Shown one piece after another: positions 57,674 through 64,000 of a stretch of DNA of 64,000 bases. Positions within the stretch are counted from its first letter, which is position 1, and the number at the start of each line of letters is the position of its first letter. Made by a program: the position numbers and the translations under genes. Below the pieces are notes generated by a model, which did no database searches, was not told the DNA's origin, and saw only the letters and a program-made list of their open reading frames with translations. Origin of the DNA: Naegleria gruberi. Taxonomy: Eukaryota. Location: NCBI GenBank assembly GCA_000004985.1, contig GG738871.1; one strand, given 5' to 3'.

Positions 57674-58146
57674 GTGGATCGAGTTGATTGTTTGAAAATT
57701 AGAAATTGTTTGTTGAGTTATCAAATTTTTGAGAAGCAATTTCATAATTTGAGAGAATTGGATATTGGAGCTCAATATATTGGAGAGGGAAATGATTCGA
57801 TAATACTTGGAAATGTTATTAAGTATATTGGAACGATTGAAAATTTGACAAGTTTGAATATTTCAAGAGTTGATTTAGGGAGTAGAAGTGTGACTTTTTT
57901 AAAATGTTTGAGAAAATTGACTAGTTTGAATGTAAATAGTTGTAATTTGTCATATCGAATGGCTTAGTAGGTTGCCAAATTTGAGACATCTAGACTTGAG
58001 TTATAATAACGAGCTGACCGATGATTGTATTCAACACTTGTTGAGCATGAAACAATTGAAATATTTGTCATTAACAGCGAATGAAATTTCAGATAAGAAA
58101 ATCAAACAAATGGAGAAACATCTCAAACAACTTTCACAAAATTGAC
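57674..58146 (+). pseudogene. LRR (F-box/LRR-type) protein fragment with a +1 frameshift near 57945-57950. 5-prime end not resolved.
   Basis: ...LRELDIGAQ...LTSLNISRVDLGSRSVTFLKCLRKLTSLNVNSCNL then (shifted) HIEWLSRLPNLRHLDLSYNNELTDDCIQHLLSMKQLKYLSLTANEISDKKIKQ. Both parts are LRRs of one protein, in different frames. Confidence 0.4.
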
Positions 58147-58168
58147 AGACACAGATACAATTAGTAGT

Positions 58169-59831
58169 TTAATGGTGAGTGGTACGTGCTGTTCTACACA
58201 TTTCATGATAATAAAGAAATTTCATCGTATTCACATTACCTTCCTTTTCAAAGTTAAAAGCGATGGCCTTTCCTGAGTTATTGGATGAAGGAGAGTTGCC
58301 AATCATGTATGATTGTTGATTATTCACTGATACTGGACTATTTACAATAACATCCTTGAAGAAGACATGATTGAGAGCTTGTGAGAAGGAAATTCTCTTC
58401 TCTGGATTCCACTGTAAAAATTGATGCAGTAAATCCAGAGCTTCCTTACTTGCTGATGGGAAGACTAAATCGAATGAAATTCCCTCCTCGGCATGATCTA
58501 TGAATTGTTGAGCGTACCAATCTCTGCATCCATCTGATCCCATAATATCCTCTGGTTTGGCCTTTCCTAGTAAGCTAGTGATGAGATTCAAGTGTTCACT
58601 AATTCCACTAATCTCTCTTCCTGTAGAGTTGACTGCAAACAATGGTCTTCTCATTGGTTTAGGTGGTAACATGTACAATAATTCTGCCATGATACATCCC
58701 AATCCCCACGAGTCAATACTCGATGATTGAACATTGTATTGCAATATTACTTCTGGAGGTCTGTAATATCTAGTTATTACATATAAAGATTTTGAATTCT
58801 TTCCCGGATTATCACTCTCAATATTCGACAAACCAAAATCTGAAATTCTGACATTGACATTATCTCCCTGATAGCTCAATAAAACATTTGCTGGTTTCAT
58901 ATCCCTGTGCAAAACTCCAAATGATTGCATATATTGCATTCCATTCAATAATTGATACATGATTGTTTTTACAAAATCCAAATTAATGGCCTTCTTCTTT
59001 TTGTGTAAACTATTCAAAAAAACTTTCAAATCTCCATCTTGCATTAATCCCATTACAATATACAATTCTTTAAAATTATTTAAACAATATTCTCTTTCTC
59101 CAGTTCCAACAAACACATCAATCAACTCTACTATATTTGGATGAGGTCTCAGAAATCTCATAATTTTAATTTCTCTCAACATTCTGTATGGAGCTCCATT
59201 ATTAAAGACATTCTTGATCATTTTAATGGCAACCATCTTGTTTAATTCTTTATCATGACATGCCTTGATAAATTCCAATTAAAAAAACATCAATTAACAA
59301 ATTAAATATTCGAAACTATTCGAAACTACGTACCACCACAACTCCATATCCACCCTGACCCAAAATCCTCACACATCCAGTCAACTCATCAATTGCTGGT
59401 TCATACCTCGTTGGCAGTGTCATTTCAAACTCCAAATCTCCACTTGCCGATTTAATTACATGTCTTGCCACATGTCTGTGATGTTCCGATGGATAATCGA
59501 GAATTTTAAAAGGATCTGGTACTGCATTGGAAGATGATATATCAACATCACCTTCATCATCATCAAAATTAAAAACAAATGAATCATCTTCTTCATCTTG
59601 CATCATCATACTTTCGTATATGTTTTTTTGAGTGGCATGAGATGATTGTTGTTGTTCATTGACAGAAAGTGAAAGAGGAGGTTGTGGAAAATGATTTTGA
59701 TGTTGGTTTTGGTTTTGGTTTTGTTGATTGTCTTGCATTTTGGTTGTTTGTTGTTTTTGTGTATTTTCTTTTGGTTGTGTAAATGATGGAAAGGGAGAAG
59801 GAGATGGATGGGAACAGAAAATTCGTTTCAT
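58169..59831 (-). CDS. CMGC-group Ser/Thr protein kinase (MAPK/CDK-like) with Gln/His-rich N-terminal extension. Exons 59334..59831 and 58169..59264; 69-nt GTACGT...CAAG intron.
   Basis: The splice joins ILGQGGYGVVV to ACHDKELNKMVAIKMI, giving a canonical GxGxxGxV...AxK. Then HRDMKPANVLL, DFGLS and YVITRYYRPPEVIL (CMGC APE region). Confidence 0.7.
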
Positions 59832-60108
59832 TTTTTTTTGAACTTGGAAATTGGCTTATTGATGGGGAAAGTTTTAATTTTTGGAAAGATCTATTTTTGA
59901 GAATATAATTTATTTTGGATTTTTTTATTCGAAACTTGGTCGAAACTGTGAACTAGAGTGTACTAGTTCTGTAAATTGGATTGAGGGTTTTCTTCTCTGA
60001 TATTTTGAAAATTATTTGAATTAAAAAAAAATAAAGGGATGTATTTATTAAATTAGAAAGACTATTCCGATTTAGTAAATTTGTAATTACTCTTGTTCTA
60101 TCGCACAG

Positions 60109-60540
60109 TTAGTCAGATAGGTTTGAATTGTTTTCTGTGTTTGGGGATAGAGAAGAGCTTGCAGGCTGAGTGGAGACATTGCTCAAGTCCCAAGCTGTAG
60201 AAAATTTGGCAGTCTTGGGCTTGATCATATATCCTCTTTTGTTTCTTAATTGGGAGCAACTATTCCACGTGCTGTTTTTATAGCAGCTTCCAACATATGA
60301 GGCAAAAGCACAATATATATCAGTGCTCCATTCAGTCAAGAGTTTGTTGAATTGAAAGTTTGGGTTGTTATGGATTACTCCATTCCAATCCATGTTGATC
60401 GTGAGTGGAGAGTGGTCAGGTGGGAGTTTGACTTCAGCAGTGTTGTGTTTGGCGGATGATTCGTTCCATTTCTTGTACAAGAGGGAGAGTTCAGATTTGC
60501 ACATTATGCATTCGGAGAAGACATGTTCCCATTTGAATTA
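60109..60540 (-). CDS. Small protein of unknown function. ORF extends upstream of the annotated Met; 5-prime end unresolved.
   Basis: FKWEHVFSECIMCKSELSLLYKKWNESSAKHNTAEVKLPPDHSPLTINMDWNGVIHNNPNFQFNKLLTEWSTDIYCAFASYVGSCYKNSTWNSC... Open frame with coding-like composition; no recognised domain. Confidence 0.3.
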
Positions 60541-60689
60541 AAAAAAAATGATTCATTCGAAACTATTCGAAACAAGTGTCACCCTCATTCTCGATCAACA
60601 AAATATCGGAAACACTTTATTAAAACAAAAATACCAATTTACAAAATTCAAAAAACTCCAAGAAAACTACATTCCAATAGAATTTCACA

Positions 60690-61860
60690 ATGATCGAGAG
60701 TTTATTACAATTTGCATCAGAGAATTGCAGAAATGACAAACAAATTGTCTTGACAGCTGTCAAACAAGATTGTTCCACTTACAAATTCGCTTCTCCTAAA
60801 TTAAAACTGGATTTTGAGATTTTACTTTCATATCTTGAGAAAAATAGACATTCATTTAAGATGATTGTACCAAATTCAAATAGATGACAAGGAATTTATA
60901 ATGTCAGCAATCAAAATGGGATTTTCTTTGAAATATGCTTCTGATAGATTGAGGGATGATAAAGAGGTGGTTATGGAAGCAGTTTCGAATGGATATGAAT
61001 TGTTTAATGTATCTGATAGGTTGAAATCTGACAAGGATGTCGTGTTAAAAGCACAACAAACTTTTGAAAAGGCATATTTGTTAGCACCACAACATTTAAA
61101 ATATGACTTTGATATTAAGGCAGCAAGATATGAATTTAACACAAGAGGAATTGCCAAATGTCATGACAGAAATCAAATTTTAAGATTAATTGAAACAAAA
61201 GGATATTTATTTAGTTATGCCAAACCGAAATTCAAAAATGATAAGGAAATTATTTTAAAATTCATTGAAATTAATGCGTGGCAAGCTGTAGAAAATGCAT
61301 CACCTCAATTAAAAGATGATTCGGATATAATTAGGAAATCAGTGGAGAACTGTGGATTAACTATTCGATTGGCATCCGAAAGATTGAAAAATAATAAGGA
61401 AATTGCACTCATAGCAATGAAGACGAGTGCTTGTAAGGCAATAATGGATATTTCTGATAATCTTAGACAAGACAGAGAGTTTTTAATAGAGGTTGTTTCG
61501 TATGGATCTATTCTAAATGAACATTCCTCAATCGAGTTGAAAAGTGACAGGGAATTAAGGAATCGGTAAAATATAGAGGAGTTGATATACAGTTTGCATC
61601 CAATGAGTTGAAAAATGATAAGGAGCTAATATTACTTGCTGTCAAAACTCATGCATATGTTGTCAGTTTCATTTCCCGTAATTTCCTCTTTAATTCGGAT
61701 TTTCTATTGGAATTATTGAAGCTTAATCCAAATATTGTGAAATTCTTGGATGGCCACCATCGAGATTCAGAATTTGTACATTTAGCTACGAAAGGAGATT
61801 CTCTAATTTATGCCTCGAATAGATTGAGAAATTTAAAGGAATTTGTTTTCGAATGAATGG
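60690..61860 (+). pseudogene. Second DUF4116-repeat gene, read through two frameshifts (near 60870-60890 and 61565-61585).
   Basis: Repeats LQFASENCRNDKQIVLTAVKQD, DKEFIMSAIKMGFSLKYASDRLRDDKEVVMEAVSNGYELFNVSDRLKSDKDVVLKA, NDKEIILKFIE, NNKEIALIAMK, QDREFLIEVVS, then (frame shift) KYRGVDIQFASNELKNDKELILLAVKTHAYVV. The repeat phase is preserved only if 1-nt indels are assumed. Confidence 0.45.
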
Positions 61861-62085
61861 TTGTGCACTGAAAGGAATAGGAAGTACCTTGGAGAATGAT
61901 TCAGAACTTGTCATTGAGGCAGTCAAGCAAAATGGATATTTCACAAACTTTAATTTGTTCAGCTTAAGAATGGAATTGGAATATCCAGAATTACAAAACA
62001 TTACAAAGTTTTAATTGCCTATTGTTTCAAAATCTTTTTAAATTAAATTGTTAGTGCTGTGTTTCATCTTTGTATTTTGATGATT

Positions 62086-62601
62086 TTAAATTTGATTTTT
62101 TAATATTATTTTTAAATGCTCGTTCATTTGATTGATTCTTAATTGAGCTTTTGGATAAGAAACATAATGATCAGATATTTGAATTCTTTGAACACTATCC
62201 AAATTCGCAAGAATGTTAATAAATATTTTACCAGATGGCACTCCATTAACCTTAGTTGAACAATCCAATTCACATTCGAAAGATCGAATATCTCTATAAT
62301 GAAACGTACTATTCGAAATAAGTTTTCCATTAATTGCTCTCTTTGTTCTCACCACAAATATGCGACTGTTGTCATTGAAAATAAAATCCGTACTTTTCTG
62401 TAAAAATCCAAATATAGGAAATAAAGAAAAGAATGCTATCAGGGCAATTAATATTCCAATTGAAAATTCCTGTTGTTCCCCAGATATAAAGATAAACAGC
62501 AATACTCCAATAAATAACGATCCAACGAATATAAATATGAGAGGAAATGTTAAATCATCATCTTTGATCATGTAAATTCCCGGCACTTTATCAACTCTCA
62601 T
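62086..62601 (-). CDS. Small two-TM membrane protein of unknown function.
   Basis: 171-aa ORF; helices LTFPLIFIFVGSLFIGVLLFIFI and FSIGILIALIAFFSLFPIFGFL; coding-like codon usage. Confidence 0.35.
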   Translation of the reverse strand: MRVDKVPGIYMIKDDDLTFPLIFIFVGSLFIGVLLFIFISGEQQEFSIGILIALIAFFSLFPIFGFLQKSTDFIFNDNSRIFVVRTKRAINGKLISNSTFHYRDIRSFECELDCSTKVNGVPSGKIFINILANLDSVQRIQISDHYVSYPKAQLRINQMNEHLKIILKNQI

Positions 62602-62747
62602 CCATGTAGGGTGGAATGGGTGCTGCTTGCGACATTTTTTTTATATTTTGAAATTGAAAAAACACGTGTTTAAAATTCTTAAATATTGTAAACAAGTTCA
62701 TTATTTAAATTTTACAATGAAATTTCTAATATAATACAGTTGATTGG

Positions 62748-64000
62748 TTATACAGTTTCATAAAAAGTTTCAATGTTGGTGAGTGGAATGAATTCAATGG
62801 TTGGAAATTGAGAAAATATTTCCATAAATTCAGGACATGAATCTGGATTATAGTAGAACTTTTCCAAACTTGGAGGGAATGAAAATCCACCATAATCTCT
62901 ATAACAACTCATGAAATAGTCAGTAAAGGAATATGCAATTGTCAAAGCCTTCAAGTTTGGGAATTTAACAAAGGAAGAAGGAATAGAATACTCAAAACAT
63001 GCTGTTTCGTCATCTCTGAGAACGAGATCTTTCAAGTCTGGACTAATACCTGAAAGGATATCAAAGCAATTTGCATAGGTTTGAGCATTCATGTCTACAT
63101 ATACCAAATCTTTCATAAATGGAAAGCAAATCTCATTTGCATAGAATGATTTGTAATAGTTTTCATAAATGATTGGAATGATAACTCTCTTTTCCTTCTT
63201 TTCAATATAGTACTTGAAGAAGGATGATTTCAACACGTCTTCCATGAAATTCATTGTGGTTTTTGCTTCTTGGACAGGTAGGAATATTTTCTCTCTTAAA
63301 GATCTCATTTCCAATTTCTTTTTTTGATTGGCCAAATTATTGACAAGATTTCTTATCGACATTTCAAATATTGGATCATCGAGAACACTTCTCATGAGTA
63401 ACTCTCTCCAATATTTGTTGGTAGAGGAGATATTAACACGAGTGTAAGTCGGCAAGTAGGAGAATACCAGCTTAGTACAATCTTCATTCAAAAGTCTGTA
63501 ATTGAATGCTGTAATTAACTTGGTTTTAGGGTCTAACTCTGTAGCTTTTTTGAGGTATTCTTGTTTTAGCTCAAGTTCACCTTTTCTTCCATAGGTTTGA
63601 GAGATCATTTGAGCAGTCTCGGCATTTTCTTCCAACTTCATTGCTTGTGAGAAAGCTTCAAGAGCTTCATCAAGCTCGTGGTTGTAGAAGTAGCATAATC
63701 CCTTATTGTAAATGTAGTGTCTGAGATTTGGTGAATCTTTTCCATACTGAGCAGCTGTTTCAAAATTCTTTATAGCATCATGATAACAAGCTGCAAAGTA
63801 GTATGAACAACCAGCTCTATAATTCAATTCTTCCAATGAAATCAATGAAACTGTTGTCTTTTCTTCCTTTTGAGCAGCCAAATCAACCTTTTCCCCTTTC
63901 AGCAAGGACTTGAAATTATTGAAATAAGTTTTGGTATTCTCTGAAAATTCGGTAAATTGTTCCTTCACTTTTTCATGGGAGTGTTTCATTTCAAAATTAA
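62748..64000 (-). CDS. TPR-repeat plus F-box-like plus LRR-like protein. ORF remains open at the window edge, so the 5-prime end may lie beyond 64000.
   Basis: TPR-like YYFAACYHDAIKNFETAAQYGKDSPNLRHYIYNKGLCYFYNHELDEALEAFSQAMKLEENAETAQ...KATELDP. F-box-like LVFSYLPTYTRVNISSTNKYWRELL. C-terminal part has ILSGISPDLKDLVLRD...FPNLKALTIAYS. Confidence 0.5.
   Translation of the reverse strand, partial: NFEMKHSHEKVKEQFTEFSENTKTYFNNFKSLLKGEKVDLAAQKEEKTTVSLISLEELNYRAGCSYYFAACYHDAIKNFETAAQYGKDSPNLRHYIYNKGLCYFYNHELDEALEAFSQAMKLEENAETAQMISQTYGRKGELELKQEYLKKATELDPKTKLITAFNYRLLNEDCTKLVFSYLPTYTRVNISSTNKYWRELLMRSVLDDPIFEMSIRNLVNNLANQKKKLEMRSLREKIFLPVQEAKTTMNFMEDVLKSSFFKYYIEKKEKRVIIPIIYENYYKSFYANEICFPFMKDLVYVDMNAQTYANCFDILSGISPDLKDLVLRDDETACFEYSIPSSFVKFPNLKALTIAYSFTDYFMSCYRDYGGFSFPPSLEKFYYNPDSCPEFMEIFSQFPTIEFIPLTNIETFYETV

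Noticed and set aside
1-64000. Ciliate or other alternative nuclear genetic code.
   Set aside because: Well-supported genes terminate at TAA (49716, 10411), TAG (5856, 9058) and TGA (4107) with conserved C-termini, so the standard code applies.

Overview
This window is AT-rich, gene-dense nuclear DNA from a eukaryote. All three standard stop codons are used. It holds about 28 protein-coding genes in 64 kb, on both strands. Many carry very short spliceosomal introns (about 37-230 nt), with donors GTAAGT, GTATGT or GTTTGT and acceptor AG. No rRNA gene, CRISPR array or canonical tRNA gene was seen. Codon usage, intron style and gene content fit an amoebozoan- or heterolobosean-like protist (dictyostelid-, Naegleria-like); this is inference only. 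The dominant structure is a family of three large, same-strand genes for type I membrane proteins made of tenascin-type EGF-like modules: C (1..4107, 5-prime partial), A (27639..32542) and B (44914..49716). A and B also carry an N-terminal NHL-like beta-propeller region. All three share a conserved C-terminal module: juxtamembrane domain, Ser/Thr/Pro stalk, transmembrane helix, and a KKKAAxAAA...VELAEG[FY] cytoplasmic tail. Gene C contains a near-perfect ~590-nt higher-order tandem repeat. The distal ~3.5 kb of A and B are ~98% identical, which points to gene conversion, but A carries three frameshifts and looks pseudogene-like. Other notable genes: a tandem double acetoacetate-decarboxylase-like gene with introns; two right-handed beta-helix proteins; an N-myristoylated calpain-like pseudoprotease; an NT-C2 / coiled-coil / DIL gene with two putative GC-AG introns; a divergent TCP-1 family chaperonin; a Lys/Cys/Tyr-rich secreted repeat protein; La; protoporphyrinogen oxidase; a ZIP transporter; calmodulin-like; MEK-like and CMGC kinases; and several RING, F-box and LRR proteins. 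Several genes show single-base frameshifts (C, A, a DUF4116 gene, an LRR gene). These may be real pseudogenisation or assembly indel errors; the sequence alone cannot tell which.
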